64,000 nt of DNA, from contig JAZQDW010000008.1 in assembly GCA_045546995.1 (NCBI GenBank), positions 131,253-195,252 on the forward strand, written 5' to 3'. Shown piece after piece: positions 9,440 to 19,378 of the stretch. Source of the DNA: Eubacteriales bacterium (GTDB lineage: Bacteria; Bacillota; Clostridia; Oscillospirales; QAKW01). The notes beneath the pieces were generated by a model. That model was not told where the DNA came from. It did no database searches and saw only the letters and a list, made by a program, of their open reading frames with translations. Positions within the stretch are counted from its first letter, which is position 1. Each line of letters opens with the position of its first letter. The position numbers were made by a program, and so were the translations under genes.

Positions 9440-10615
9440 ATGTTAAAGCCAGAAGAAATCAAAAGTGTTACATTTGAACAAAGCGTATTCAGCGGTTACA
9501 AAAAAGAAGATGTGGATGCATTTTTGGATAAGTTGTATGCCGATTACACCCGTCTGTTTCAGGAAAATGGTGAGTTGGTCGGCAAGCTGAAGGTATGTAT
9601 CTCCAAAATCGAGGAATACCGCGAAGATGAGAAGTTTTTAAAGTCTGCTATTGTGAATGCGCAGAAATTAAACGAAAATGCTTTGATCGAAATTGATGCT
9701 AAGCGTAAGGAGACGGAAGAAAATGCCCGGCAGCAAGCCGAAGAAATCATTGCACAAGCCAAACAACAGGCTGAACAAATGATTGCCGATACGGAAAGCG
9801 GCATTGCCGAACTGCGAGAGAAAACCACCAGAGAATTTGCCGATAAACAGCAGGAGAGCCGACGTGCTTTTGAGGCTGAAAAAGCCGAGCAGGAACGTTT
9901 GATTGCTGAAAAGCAGGCTGAACTTGCGGCGTTGGTTCGTGAGGTGGAAGGTTATAGATTGCGTGCTATCCAAGTATTGGAGCGGCAGGCTGATTTGTTG
10001 CGCGAACTTCCGGAAACTGATATGGTGGCTGCACCTACGATCGAAGAGCCTGTAGTTGAAACAGATTTACCTGTTGAAGAACCGGCAGAGTCGGTTGTAA
10101 CTCCTGACGCGCCGAAGGAAGTTATTGCTTTTGAAGAACCTGTTATCGAAGAGACGCCCGCTTTTGTGCCTGTTGTTGACGAAAGCGTTGCCGAAACTGT
10201 AGAAGAGCCTGCCCCCGAGGTAGAAGAAACTCCTGCTACTCTTGAATTCCCGGAGGTTGATTTTTCACGGGTAGAGATTCCTGATGTGGACGTACCCAAA
10301 GTGGAGATTCCGGAGATTGATGTTCCCCAGGCGGATGCGGACGAAATTGATCATTTGCCGGACGTTGATGTCGATCAGATCAGTATTGATGACGTTTTGT
10401 CCACCGGTTCTTCTCCGGTCGAGCCTGTCGAGACCGATTTCCCTGAACCAATCGATGAACAAGAGGACCCCTTCCAATTGTTTGGCGCTTCTACTTTGAT
10501 TTTCCCCGAAGATATTCCTGAGGCTGAAGAAGAGGACGAAAGTGCCGGCAAAACACCCAGATTTCGCAAGAAATTGAAATTTGGCGTAGATTTTGATGTA
10601 AAGAAAGATAAATAA
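9440..10615 (+). CDS. divIVA: DivIVA-domain cell-division/polarity protein with a long acidic Pro/Glu/Val-rich tail
   Basis: N-terminal DivIVA motif (LKPEEIKSVTFEQSVFSGYKKEDVDAFLDKL) followed by a coiled coil. The last ~200 aa are low-complexity and acidic, with VEIPDVDVPK/VEIPEIDVPQ repeats. Confidence 0.85.
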   Translation: MLKPEEIKSVTFEQSVFSGYKKEDVDAFLDKLYADYTRLFQENGELVGKLKVCISKIEEYREDEKFLKSAIVNAQKLNENALIEIDAKRKETEENARQQAEEIIAQAKQQAEQMIADTESGIAELREKTTREFADKQQESRRAFEAEKAEQERLIAEKQAELAALVREVEGYRLRAIQVLERQADLLRELPETDMVAAPTIEEPVVETDLPVEEPAESVVTPDAPKEVIAFEEPVIEETPAFVPVVDESVAETVEEPAPEVEETPATLEFPEVDFSRVEIPDVDVPKVEIPEIDVPQADADEIDHLPDVDVDQISIDDVLSTGSSPVEPVETDFPEPIDEQEDPFQLFGASTLIFPEDIPEAEEEDESAGKTPRFRKKLKFGVDFDVKKDK

Positions 10616-11133
10616 TGGTCAACTTTTTTAAAAAATACTATTGGATTTTTATTTCCATGCTGATCGTTATACTTGATCAGGTGTCAAAGCTGATTGTCAG
10701 TTCCACGCTTGAGCTGTACGACGAGATTTCCGTAATTAAAGATTTTTTTGCCATTACGCATATTCACAATGAGGGTATTGCTTTTGGTATGCTTTCGGAT
10801 AACGGTACGTTTTCTAAGATATTGGTTGCGTTGCTGACGGTGGTTTTGATTGTTGTTGCTGTTATTGTTTTGTTGCGCGGCATGATCAAAAACTCCTTTG
10901 GCGTGATAACAATTGCAATGATCATCGGCGGCGGCATCGGTAACTTGATTGATCGCGTGTTTTTGCATTACGTAATTGATTTCTTTGCATTTACGTTTTT
11001 TGGCAAGGATTTTGCCGTATTTAACGTGGCGGATATTTTCGTTAGTGTCGGCACCGTTTTGTTCGTTGTCTATTTCTTGTTTTTTGACAAAAACAGCGAG
11101 GAACAAGAGGAACTGAAGGATGGAAATGAGTAA
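10615..11133 (+). CDS. lspA: Lipoprotein signal peptidase II
   Basis: 172 aa, 4 TM helices, conserved NxGxAFG (NEGIAFG) and FNVAD motifs. Confidence 0.9.
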   Translation: MVNFFKKYYWIFISMLIVILDQVSKLIVSSTLELYDEISVIKDFFAITHIHNEGIAFGMLSDNGTFSKILVALLTVVLIVVAVIVLLRGMIKNSFGVITIAMIIGGGIGNLIDRVFLHYVIDFFAFTFFGKDFAVFNVADIFVSVGTVLFVVYFLFFDKNSEEQEELKDGNE

Positions 11134-12046
11134 TTTTCTGATAACTGAATCTATGCAGGGTCTTCGTATTGATAAGACCCTGCAATTTTTGCTTACAGGT
11201 AAAAGCAGGGCATTTGTGCAGAATTTGTTTGATGAAAATTTGGTTTTATTAAACGGAAATTCTGTCAAAAAAAGTGTCAAAGTTACTGCCGGTGATGAAA
11301 TTTCAGTTACAATTCCCGAGGCCCGTGCTTTGGATGTTTTGCCTGAAAATATTCCGATTGAAATCGTTTATGAAGATGACGATTTGCTGGTGGTGAACAA
11401 GCCGAAAGGTATGGTTGTACACCCGGCTCCCGGCAATTACAACGGTACTTTGGTAAATGCGTTGCTGTATCATTGCGCCGGGCGTCTGTCTTCCATCAAT
11501 GGGGTCCAGCGCCCCGGTATCTTACATCGGATTGATAAGGATACCAGTGGTTTGTTGCTGGTTGCAAAGAATGATTTTGCGCACAACTTTCTTGCTGAAC
11601 AAATTAAAGAGCATACGCTGGATCGGTGCTATCGCGCAATTGTTTTGGGAACGTTTAAAGATACGGAAGGAACGATCGATGCACCGATTGGCCGTAATCC
11701 GTACGACCGTTTGAAAATGGCGATTAACCATCAAAACGGAAAAAATGCAGTAACTCATTATAAGGTTTTGGCTGAGTATGGCGGCTTTTCATACATTGAA
11801 TGTCGGTTGGAAACAGGTCGTACGCATCAAATCCGTGTGCATATGGCTTCTGTTGGCCATCCGGTGTTGAATGACCCGCTGTATTTTCGTGGCGAGTGTA
11901 AGCTGAAATTTTCCTTTGAAGGGCAATGCCTGCACGCTAAAAAGTTGGGATTTATTCATCCTACTTCCGGCGAAAAAATGCTTTTTGATTCATCTTTGCC
12001 GGAATATTTTCAAAATTTATTGACAAAACTGGAAAGTATGTGCTAA
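11120..12046 (+). CDS. rluD: 23S rRNA pseudouridine synthase, RluA/RluD family
   Basis: S4 domain followed by the catalytic HRIDKDTSGLL motif and TGRTHQIRVH. lspA-rluD order as in Bacillus. Confidence 0.9.
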   Translation: MEMSNFLITESMQGLRIDKTLQFLLTGKSRAFVQNLFDENLVLLNGNSVKKSVKVTAGDEISVTIPEARALDVLPENIPIEIVYEDDDLLVVNKPKGMVVHPAPGNYNGTLVNALLYHCAGRLSSINGVQRPGILHRIDKDTSGLLLVAKNDFAHNFLAEQIKEHTLDRCYRAIVLGTFKDTEGTIDAPIGRNPYDRLKMAINHQNGKNAVTHYKVLAEYGGFSYIECRLETGRTHQIRVHMASVGHPVLNDPLYFRGECKLKFSFEGQCLHAKKLGFIHPTSGEKMLFDSSLPEYFQNLLTKLESMC

Positions 12047-12049
12047 TAT
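12020..12049 (+). promoter_or_regulatory. sigma-A-type promoter for the thiT leader
   Basis: TTGACA (12020-12025), 18-nt spacer, extended -10 TGcTAATAT (12041-12049). It overlaps the rluD stop codon. Confidence 0.6.
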
Positions 12050-12094
12050 ACTAACGTGTTAACATACTTTAACTGATCGATCGGTTAATTACAA

Positions 12095-12190
12095 CTGAAT
12101 GGGGAGCTAAGGATCAACTTGGCTGAGAGAAGCGTGTTTCGCTGAAACCCTTGACCTGATGCGGATAATGCCGCCGTAGGAAAAACCTTA
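12095..12190 (+). promoter_or_regulatory. TPP (THI-box) riboswitch aptamer
   Basis: Contains the conserved THI-element blocks: GGGGAGC...GCTGAGA...ACCCTTGACCTGATGCGGATAATGCCGCCGTAGGAA. It is followed by a terminator and lies upstream of a thiamine transporter gene. Confidence 0.9.
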
Positions 12191-12200
12191 CCATTATTGG

Positions 12201-12236
12201 ATCCTATGCGCCATTATCGGCGCATAGGATTTTTAA
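12201..12236 (+). terminator. Riboswitch expression-platform intrinsic terminator
   Basis: Perfect 12-bp stem ATCCTATGCGCC / GGCGCATAGGAT (12201-12212 / 12219-12230), 6-nt loop, then TTTT. Confidence 0.75.
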
Positions 12237-12252
12237 ATTTTGGAGGTAATTT

Positions 12253-13059
12253 ATGAAAAAAACCGATTTACTTGCTCTTGTTGAAGGGGCGGCAATGATC
12301 GCTTTGGCAACGGTATTAAGTATGATACCTGTGATGAATATGCCGTTTGGCGGATCAATTACTGCCTGTTCGATGTTACCGATTACTTTGATTTCGTATC
12401 GTCGCGGCACCAAGTGGGGTCTGCTGACAGCAACGGTATACGCTGTGTTACAGATGTTTCTTGGTTTTAACAACCTTAGATACGGAACGTCCTTTGCCGC
12501 CGTGTGTGCCATTATTTTTCTGGATTATATTTTTGCATTTGCCGCGCTTGGCCTTGCAGGTATATTCAAGAATAAATTTCGCTCTCAAAGCGGTGAATTA
12601 CTGACCGGTATTTTGATTGCTTGTGTCATTCGATTGACGTGTCATTTTATTGCCGGATGTACGGTATGGGCTGACGTTTCCATACCCAAGGCGGATGCCG
12701 TAGTATTTTCATTGGCCTATAACTCGGCTTATATGATTCCGGAAACGATCCTTACGTTGGCCGGAGCATGGTATCTTTCTCAGCTATTGGATTTTCGTGG
12801 AGAGAAAATCACCGGTAATAAAGAAAAAATGTCAAAATCCGTTATGATTACCGAAGGAATCGGCACACTTGCGCTGATTGTCGGAATTGTTTTTGATGCT
12901 CTGTATGTTTTTATGAAATTGCAGACAGAGGATGGATTTGATTGGAACGCATTGAGTGATATCAACGTTGGTCTTATTGCAATTGTAACCGTTGTTTCTG
13001 CGCTGATTTGGGGAGCTGCTCTTTGCTTTGGAAAATTTCTTAAAAAGAAAATGAATTAA
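12253..13059 (+). CDS. thiT: Thiamine ECF-transporter S component ThiT, with a C-terminal two-TM extension
   Basis: The TPP riboswitch lies immediately upstream. The first ~190 aa have the ThiT-like 6-TM pattern (MIPVMNMPFGGSIT..., WGLLTATVYAVLQ). 268 aa in total. Confidence 0.8.
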   Translation: MKKTDLLALVEGAAMIALATVLSMIPVMNMPFGGSITACSMLPITLISYRRGTKWGLLTATVYAVLQMFLGFNNLRYGTSFAAVCAIIFLDYIFAFAALGLAGIFKNKFRSQSGELLTGILIACVIRLTCHFIAGCTVWADVSIPKADAVVFSLAYNSAYMIPETILTLAGAWYLSQLLDFRGEKITGNKEKMSKSVMITEGIGTLALIVGIVFDALYVFMKLQTEDGFDWNALSDINVGLIAIVTVVSALIWGAALCFGKFLKKKMN

Positions 13060-13060
13060 A

Positions 13061-13105
13061 TTCAAGGCACTTTTGCATTTTGATGTGAAAGTGCCTTGAA
13101 TTTTT
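13061..13105 (+). terminator. Intrinsic terminator after thiT
   Basis: Perfect 12-bp stem TTCAAGGCACTT / AAGTGCCTTGAA, 16-nt loop, followed by TTTTT. Confidence 0.75.
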
Positions 13106-13106
13106 C

Positions 13107-13135
13107 TTGTTAAAAAATAAAGAAATTTTTATAAT
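13107..13135 (+). promoter_or_regulatory. Candidate sigma-A promoter for the pyrH operon
   Basis: TTGTTA, 17-nt spacer, TATAAT, in an AT-rich gap. Other hexamer pairs are possible in this region. Confidence 0.45.
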
Positions 13136-13198
13136 ACTATTTACAAATTGTAGAAAATTTTATATATTATATATAATAACATTTTTAGGAGGCACAAT

Positions 13199-13915
13199 AT
13201 GGCCGAGTTAAAGTATAAACGTATTTTGCTTAAATTAAGTGGTGAAGCGCTTGCCAATGGCAAAACGATGGGCATCGATTTTGAAAATCTTTTAAAGATT
13301 TGTGAAAAAATCAAGACCTGCATTGAAATGGGTGCCGATATTGCAATTGTTGTTGGCGGCGGAAACTATTGGCGTGGCAGAAGCAATCAGTATATGGATC
13401 GCACCCGTGCAGATCACATTGGTATGCTGGCTACGACGATGAATGCGCTTGCTATCCACGATGCATTCAATCAGCTTGGCGTGGATTCGAGAGTTCAGAC
13501 GGCAATTGAAATGCGTCAGATTGCAGAGCCTTATATTCGCAATCGTGCTGTTCGTCACTTGGAAAAAGGTAGAATCGTAATTTTTGGTTGCGGCACCGGC
13601 AATCCCTTCTTCTCTACAGATACGGCCGCTGCTTTGAGAGCTGCTGAAATCAACGCAGATGCTATTTTTAAGGCGACTAACGTTGACGGCGTTTATACCG
13701 ATGATCCTAAAAAGAATCCGGAAGCAGTACGTTACGACCATCTTTCTCTGGATGAAATGCTGTCTAAGGATTTGCACGTTTTGGATGGTGCTGCCACTGC
13801 AATTTGTCGTGACAACAGTATCCCGATTTATGTTTTTGATATGTCCGACCCCGAAAATATTATTCGTGCCGTTCGGGGCGACGATATTGGCACACTTGTA
13901 GCAAAGGAGTTTTAA
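13199..13915 (+). CDS. pyrH: UMP kinase
   Basis: [13 protein letters not shown]-terminus and GGGNYWRG motif. 238 aa. pyrH-frr-uppS-cdsA-dxr-rseP-polC synteny. Confidence 0.96.
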   Translation: MAELKYKRILLKLSGEALANGKTMGIDFENLLKICEKIKTCIEMGADIAIVVGGGNYWRGRSNQYMDRTRADHIGMLATTMNALAIHDAFNQLGVDSRVQTAIEMRQIAEPYIRNRAVRHLEKGRIVIFGCGTGNPFFSTDTAAALRAAEINADAIFKATNVDGVYTDDPKKNPEAVRYDHLSLDEMLSKDLHVLDGAATAICRDNSIPIYVFDMSDPENIIRAVRGDDIGTLVAKEF

Positions 13916-13918
13916 GTT

Positions 13919-14470
13919 ATGGGTAAATATGATGTTTTTGAAGAAAAGATGAATAAGACCATTCAGGTTCTGACCAGAGATCTGGGTAGTCTTCGTGCCG
14001 GCAGAGCCAATCCTGCTGTGCTGGATCGACTGACTGTTGAGTATTACGGCGCACCTTCTCCTTTAAATCAGGTTGCCGCCATTTCCGTACCTGAACCCAG
14101 AGTACTTTATATTCAGCCTTGGGATTCTACGCTTGTAAAACCGATTGAAAAGGCTATTCTTGCCTCCGACATCGGCATTACTCCCAGCACTGATGATAAG
14201 GGAGTTCGACTGACGTTTCCTCAACCTACGGAAGAACGTCGCAAAGAACTTGTTAAAGACGTTAAAAAGATGGGCGAGGATAGCAAGGTTGCGATTCGTT
14301 CGATTCGTCGTGATGCGCTTGATTCCTTTAAAAAAATGCAAAAGTCCGGCGAGATGACCGAGGATGATTTAAAGGGTGCAGAAACCGATATTCAGAAGCT
14401 CACGGATAAATTCTGTAAGGAAATTGATGCATTGATTGCTGACAAAGAAAAAGAAGTAATGTCTGTATAA
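13919..14470 (+). CDS. frr: Ribosome recycling factor
   Basis: 183 aa with a typical RRF sequence (LRAGRANPAVLDRLTVEYYG...EERRKELVK). Confidence 0.96.
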   Translation: MGKYDVFEEKMNKTIQVLTRDLGSLRAGRANPAVLDRLTVEYYGAPSPLNQVAAISVPEPRVLYIQPWDSTLVKPIEKAILASDIGITPSTDDKGVRLTFPQPTEERRKELVKDVKKMGEDSKVAIRSIRRDALDSFKKMQKSGEMTEDDLKGAETDIQKLTDKFCKEIDALIADKEKEVMSV

Positions 14471-14474
14471 TGGT

Positions 14475-14495
14475 CGACCCCTCTTTATGAGGGGT
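14475..14495 (+). terminator. GC-rich hairpin after frr (weak terminator or attenuator)
   Basis: 8-bp stem GACCCCTC / GAGGGGTC with loop TTTAT. The downstream T-tract is poor (AATTTCC). Confidence 0.4.
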
Positions 14496-14521
14496 CAATT
14501 TCCATATTTTAGGAGTAAATT

Positions 14522-15268
14522 ATGAGCACGATTTTTGGCAAAAAGCAAATTTTACAACAGCCGGATTTGGAGCGTTTACCCCGTCATGTCGGCCTGATTA
14601 TGGACGGGAATGGCAGATGGGCAAAAAAACGTGGCCTTCCCCGTACTGCCGGACATCTGGCCGGTATTCAGACGTTTCGCACTATATCGCAATATGCGGG
14701 CGATCTGGGCATTGAGCAAGTTACCTTTTATGCCTTTTCCACAGAAAATTGGAAACGTCCGAAAGAAGAAGTGGCAAAAATCATGTCCATTCTGGGTGAT
14801 TATGTTGAGGAAGGCATCCGCGATTGTGATATTCGCAAAGTGCGGGTTCGTTTTCTCGGCGATTTAACACCGATTGATCCGCAGCTTACAGAGCGAATTC
14901 ATTTACTTGAACAAATCAGTGAAAAATATGCTCCTAAAACACTGAACGTAGCCCTCAATTATGGCGGGCGTAAAGAAATCGCCGATGCACTTGTAAAAAT
15001 TGCTGAAAAAGTTAAAAGCGGCGTTTTGCAACCGGAGGAAATCACAGAGGACGTTATTTCGAAGCACTTGTACTTTGATGATTTGTTCGAGTGTGATTTG
15101 ATTGTTCGTCCCAGCGGCGAGTTGAGACTGTCCAATTTTTTACTGTGGCAGAGTGCTTATAGCGAGTTTTATTTTGATGACGTTCTTTGGCCGGATTATA
15201 AGCCGGAAAATTTGGATGAGGCGATCATACATTTTCAACAAAGACAAAGGAGATTTGGCGCATTATGA
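14522..15268 (+). CDS. uppS: Undecaprenyl diphosphate synthase
   Basis: [13 protein letters not shown] and FSTENWKRP motifs; RLSNFLLWQ. Confidence 0.95.
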   Translation: MSTIFGKKQILQQPDLERLPRHVGLIMDGNGRWAKKRGLPRTAGHLAGIQTFRTISQYAGDLGIEQVTFYAFSTENWKRPKEEVAKIMSILGDYVEEGIRDCDIRKVRVRFLGDLTPIDPQLTERIHLLEQISEKYAPKTLNVALNYGGRKEIADALVKIAEKVKSGVLQPEEITEDVISKHLYFDDLFECDLIVRPSGELRLSNFLLWQSAYSEFYFDDVLWPDYKPENLDEAIIHFQQRQRRFGAL

Positions 15269-16119
15269 AACAAAACATTTTAACGCGTTTTTATACCAGT
15301 TTAATTATTTTTGCTGTATTTGCGTTGATTTTTATCACTTCGTTTTTTAGCCCTGTGTTTGAAATCGCGATTTCATTGCTGGTTTGTTTCTGCATTTGGG
15401 AGGCGATTCGCGGTACAGGTTATGCAGATGAAAAGAAAGTTTTTATGCTGCCCAGTTTAATTTTTGGCGCACTGAATCCGCTGGTATTTGCCTTTAAGCC
15501 GTATATCATTCCCGGCAGAAGCGCCTTTTATGGGGTTATCATTCTTTCTTTCTTGTATTGCATGATTTCCTTTTTGCTGATGATGAGCAATATGAAAACG
15601 CTGAAATTTAACAATACGACGGCAATTATGTTTTTGTCTTTGGTGATTTCTTCGTTTATGTCCTGCGTGATTTATATCCGTCGCTTGGATCATGGTATGT
15701 TTTATATGATTCTTGCAATTGTTTGCGGTGCATGGGTGACCGATATCTTTGCTTATTTGGTTGGAATTACCATTGGCAAACATCGCTTTGCGCCGTTGGT
15801 CAGTCCCAAAAAATCCATTGAAGGTTCTTTGGGCGGCGCTTTTTTCTGCGTCTTGTTTTACTGCATCGCTTGTGGTATTTACCAATTGTTGTTTGACGTG
15901 ACGGTAAATTGGGGCCTTGTGATCCTGTATGCTGTCATTTGCACGTTTGTGGGTCAGATCGGGGATTTGTCCTTCTCGATGATTAAGCGTTCTTATGGGA
16001 TTAAGGATTTTGGAAGCCTTTTGCCCGGTCATGGCGGTGTCTTGGATCGTTTGGATTCTTTGATCTTTATCGCTCCCACATTTTATATGCTGCTTAGCAT
16101 CCAACCCATTATCGTATGA
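15265..16119 (+). CDS. cdsA: Phosphatidate cytidylyltransferase
   Basis: Multi-TM protein with the CDS signature [28 protein letters not shown]. Confidence 0.9.
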   Translation: MKQNILTRFYTSLIIFAVFALIFITSFFSPVFEIAISLLVCFCIWEAIRGTGYADEKKVFMLPSLIFGALNPLVFAFKPYIIPGRSAFYGVIILSFLYCMISFLLMMSNMKTLKFNNTTAIMFLSLVISSFMSCVIYIRRLDHGMFYMILAIVCGAWVTDIFAYLVGITIGKHRFAPLVSPKKSIEGSLGGAFFCVLFYCIACGIYQLLFDVTVNWGLVILYAVICTFVGQIGDLSFSMIKRSYGIKDFGSLLPGHGGVLDRLDSLIFIAPTFYMLLSIQPIIV

Positions 16120-17288
16120 TGAAGAGTATATCGATTCTGGGGAGCACCGGTTCAATTGGTACACAAGCGCTTACGGTTATCCAACGTCTTGGATATACCG
16201 TGAGCGCTTTAAGTGCTTATAGTAACATTGATATGCTTGAAAAACAAATTCGCCTATTTAAGCCCGAAATGGTTTCTGTGTACTCGGTGCCTCACGCTCA
16301 ACAGTTGAAAGAAAGAATTAAAGATCTGTCGGTGAAGGTTCTTTCCGGGGAAGAGGGAAATGTTGCTGTTGCAACTCATCCTTGTTCTGATATCGTACTG
16401 ACGTCAATGGTCGGTATGATCGGTTTGGTGCCGACACTTGCGGCTATTGAAGCCGGCAAGGATATTGCCCTGGCAAACAAAGAAACCCTTGTTTGTGCGG
16501 GACAGTTGATTATGAGCCGGGCAAAAGAAAAAGGCGTTAATATTTATCCTGTAGACAGCGAACATAGCGCAATTTTTCAATGTTTGCAACAAACGGTGCA
16601 TAATAAGATCGAAAACATTTTACTCACAGCATCCGGAGGCCCGTTTCGCGGCTTTTCCGCAGAACAGATTCGTTTCGTTACCAAACAACAGGCGCTGCGC
16701 CATCCCAACTGGTCGATGGGTGCAAAAATCACGATTGATAGTGCAACTATGATGAATAAAGGTCTTGAGGTGATCGAGGCGAGATGGTTGTTTGACGTAC
16801 CGGAAGAACACATTAAAGTGGTCGTACATCCTGAAAGTATCGTTCACTCTATGGTGGAGTTTGAGGATCATGCTGTGCTGGCACAAATGGGTGTACCCAG
16901 TATGGAGATTCCGATTCAATATGCTTTTACGTTTCCGGAACGAACTCCAACACCGCAGCAAACCCTTGGACTGGATCTATATGGCAAGACGTTGCATTTT
17001 GAAGACGTTGATTTAGATGTTTTCAAATGTCTGGATGTCTGCCGCAAAGCGTTGGTTAAGGGCGGCTTGTATCCTGCAGCTGTCAATGGTGCAAACGAAC
17101 AGGCGGTCGAATTGTTTTTGAAGGACAAGATCGCCTTCTGGGAGATTGGTGAAATTGTTGAACGTTGCTTACATACATTTTCAAATGATGTTACCGAATA
17201 TACTTTAGAAGACGTGCTCGCTACAGATCGTTGGGCACGGCAATTTGTGAAGGATACATTCGGTCAGGAGGAGTTATGCAAATCGTAA
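16116..17288 (+). CDS. dxr: 1-deoxy-D-xylulose 5-phosphate reductoisomerase
   Basis: [16 protein letters not shown]-binding N-terminus; LANKE, DSEHSA and HPNWSMG motifs. Confidence 0.96.
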   Translation: MMKSISILGSTGSIGTQALTVIQRLGYTVSALSAYSNIDMLEKQIRLFKPEMVSVYSVPHAQQLKERIKDLSVKVLSGEEGNVAVATHPCSDIVLTSMVGMIGLVPTLAAIEAGKDIALANKETLVCAGQLIMSRAKEKGVNIYPVDSEHSAIFQCLQQTVHNKIENILLTASGGPFRGFSAEQIRFVTKQQALRHPNWSMGAKITIDSATMMNKGLEVIEARWLFDVPEEHIKVVVHPESIVHSMVEFEDHAVLAQMGVPSMEIPIQYAFTFPERTPTPQQTLGLDLYGKTLHFEDVDLDVFKCLDVCRKALVKGGLYPAAVNGANEQAVELFLKDKIAFWEIGEIVERCLHTFSNDVTEYTLEDVLATDRWARQFVKDTFGQEELCKS

Positions 17289-18325
17289 TTACAATTTTAC
17301 TCACCGTATTTATGTTTGGTCTGTTGATCTTCATTCATGAATTGGGTCACTTTATGACTGCCAGATGGGCTAAGGTCAAGATTGATGAATTTGCTTTAGG
17401 AATGGGACCTGCAATTTTTAAAAAGCAGGGAAAGGAAACACTGTATTCCATTCGCCTTTTTCCCATTGGAGGATTTGTTAAAATGGATGGGGAGGACGGA
17501 AACGGAACAGACGTTAATTCATTTAATAAAAAGCCCAAATGGAAACGGTTTATCATTTTGTTGGCCGGTGCATTTAATAACATCGTGTTCGGCTTTCTGT
17601 TAAGCTGTCTGGTTTATGGTTTGTTGGCGGGGTGGAAGTATTATCCCACTACTGTGATTGACGAGTTTCATGATGATGCGGTTTCTTCAAACTATGGTTT
17701 GAAACCGGATGATCAGATTTACTCAATTAACGGATATCGGATTTATTCCTACAACGATATAGGATATGCCTGTAGTCAGAACGTCAAAGAGCCACTGGAC
17801 TTTGTCGTGATTCGCAAAGGAAATAAGGTGGCAGTGGATGATGTTTTGTTGCCGATTGAAAAATCGGACATAGCAGGTGACTTTTATACGGTTGATTTTT
17901 ACGTTAATCCTGCCAAAAAGAATTTTATAACTACAATCGAGTACTCGTTTAACAGTACGATATCGTTGACTCGTTCGATCTATTCGTTTTTTGGATCACT
18001 GTTTACGGGAAAAGCCAATATTAATAACGTAAGCGGTGTTGTCGGAACAACGCAGCTGGTAGGAGAAACCGTCGCCACGGAAAAGGGAATTGATTTTGCT
18101 TCTCTGTTTCTGATGATGTCTATGATTTCTATCAACCTGGGCATCGTCAATCTGTTGCCTTTGCCTGCATTAGATGGTGGTAGAATTTTGCTGCTGGGTA
18201 TTGAGGCGGTTTTTCGCAGAAAGTTGAATGAAAACGTGGAAATGGCAATCAATGCAATCGGTTTTGTGCTGTTAATGTTGTTGATGATCGTCATTACGGT
18301 GAAGGATATAATTAAATTGTTTTAG
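17276..18325 (+). CDS. rseP: RIP metalloprotease RseP/RasP (site-2 protease)
   Basis: HELGH zinc motif in TM1, a PDZ-like middle region, and the C-terminal NLLPLPALDGG motif. I prefer the ATG at 17276 (AGGAGG 5 nt upstream) over the longer ORF-track start at 17231. Confidence 0.9.
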   Translation: MQIVITILLTVFMFGLLIFIHELGHFMTARWAKVKIDEFALGMGPAIFKKQGKETLYSIRLFPIGGFVKMDGEDGNGTDVNSFNKKPKWKRFIILLAGAFNNIVFGFLLSCLVYGLLAGWKYYPTTVIDEFHDDAVSSNYGLKPDDQIYSINGYRIYSYNDIGYACSQNVKEPLDFVVIRKGNKVAVDDVLLPIEKSDIAGDFYTVDFYVNPAKKNFITTIEYSFNSTISLTRSIYSFFGSLFTGKANINNVSGVVGTTQLVGETVATEKGIDFASLFLMMSMISINLGIVNLLPLPALDGGRILLLGIEAVFRRKLNENVEMAINAIGFVLLMLLMIVITVKDIIKLF

Positions 18326-18333
18326 GAGCTTTT

Positions 18334-19368
18334 ATGAAACAGATCAAAATCGGAAATTTGACGTTGGGTCAGGGGCAACCGGTGTTGATTCAGTCCATGC
18401 TGTCAACGCCCAATGGTGATATTTCAGCTGCATTGCAGCAGGCAAAAATGCTGGAGCAGGCAGGTTGCCGGATTTTGCGGTTGGCTGTACCCGATGAAAA
18501 TGCATTGCCTGTGATCACTGCATTAAAAGAGCATACGACGATGCCGATCGTTGCGGATATTCATTTTGATTATAAGCTGGCGTTGGCATCGGTGGATGCC
18601 GGTGTAGATAAAATCCGAATTAATCCCGGTAATATCGGTGCAGATGAAAACGTTCGCGCCGTTGCCAAAAAATGCTTGAAGCATCATATTCCGATCAGAA
18701 TTGGTGTCAATGGTGGCTCGCTTGAGAAGAATATTCTTGCAAAATACGGTGCTCCTACAGCAGAGGCACTGGTTGAAAGCGCGCTGTTTCATGCATCTTT
18801 GCTGGAAAAGTACGATTTTAATGACATTGTGGTTTCGATGAAGTCCTCTAACGTTGCCAATATGGTGCGCGCATATCGACTGTTGGCGGAAAAGAAGGAT
18901 TATTTGCTCCATATCGGCGTGACGGAAGCGGGTCCGGGAACCCGTGGTGTAATTAAAAATGCTATAGGTATCGGCGCATTGCTTCTGGATGGTATCGGTA
19001 ATACGATTCGTGTTTCCCTTACCGATGATCCTGTTGAAGAAATTTACGCTGCCAAGCAGATTTTGAACGCACTGGACCTTTTGCCGGGGGAACCGCAGTT
19101 GATTTCCTGTCCTACCTGCGGCAGAACACAGATCGATTTGATCGCTCTTGCCAAGCAGGTTGATCAGATGCTTGCACAAATTCATAAGCCGATTAAAGTT
19201 GCTGTTATGGGATGCGTGGTAAATGGTCCCGGCGAGGCACGTGAAGCCGATATCGGCATCGCCGGCGGCAAAGGCGAGGCGCTGTTATTTAAGCACGGTC
19301 AGGTGATTTGCAAGGTTCCGTATGACGAAATATTACAAAGACTGAAGTTTGAGATAGACAAATTATGA
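18334..19368 (+). CDS. ispG: 4-hydroxy-3-methylbut-2-enyl diphosphate synthase
   Basis: 344 aa. Has IRINPGNIG and the C-terminal Cys ligands (CPTCGRT...GCVVNGPGE). Confidence 0.95.
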   Translation: MKQIKIGNLTLGQGQPVLIQSMLSTPNGDISAALQQAKMLEQAGCRILRLAVPDENALPVITALKEHTTMPIVADIHFDYKLALASVDAGVDKIRINPGNIGADENVRAVAKKCLKHHIPIRIGVNGGSLEKNILAKYGAPTAEALVESALFHASLLEKYDFNDIVVSMKSSNVANMVRAYRLLAEKKDYLLHIGVTEAGPGTRGVIKNAIGIGALLLDGIGNTIRVSLTDDPVEEIYAAKQILNALDLLPGEPQLISCPTCGRTQIDLIALAKQVDQMLAQIHKPIKVAVMGCVVNGPGEAREADIGIAGGKGEALLFKHGQVICKVPYDEILQRLKFEIDKL

Positions 19369-19378
19369 CGGAGGACGT

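Noticed and set aside
10272-10331. The short tandem DNA repeat in the 3' half of divIVA, considered as a CRISPR- or VNTR-like element.
   Set aside because: There are only two imperfect 30-nt units. They are in frame inside a coding low-complexity region, with no spacer or repeat architecture.
12069-12088. The 20-bp near-palindrome TTAACTGATCGATCGGTTAA in the thiT leader, upstream of the TPP aptamer.
   Set aside because: It lies inside the transcribed leader, downstream of the predicted promoter at 12020-12049. It most simply forms a small 5' hairpin. It has one mismatch, and there is no supporting context for an operator.
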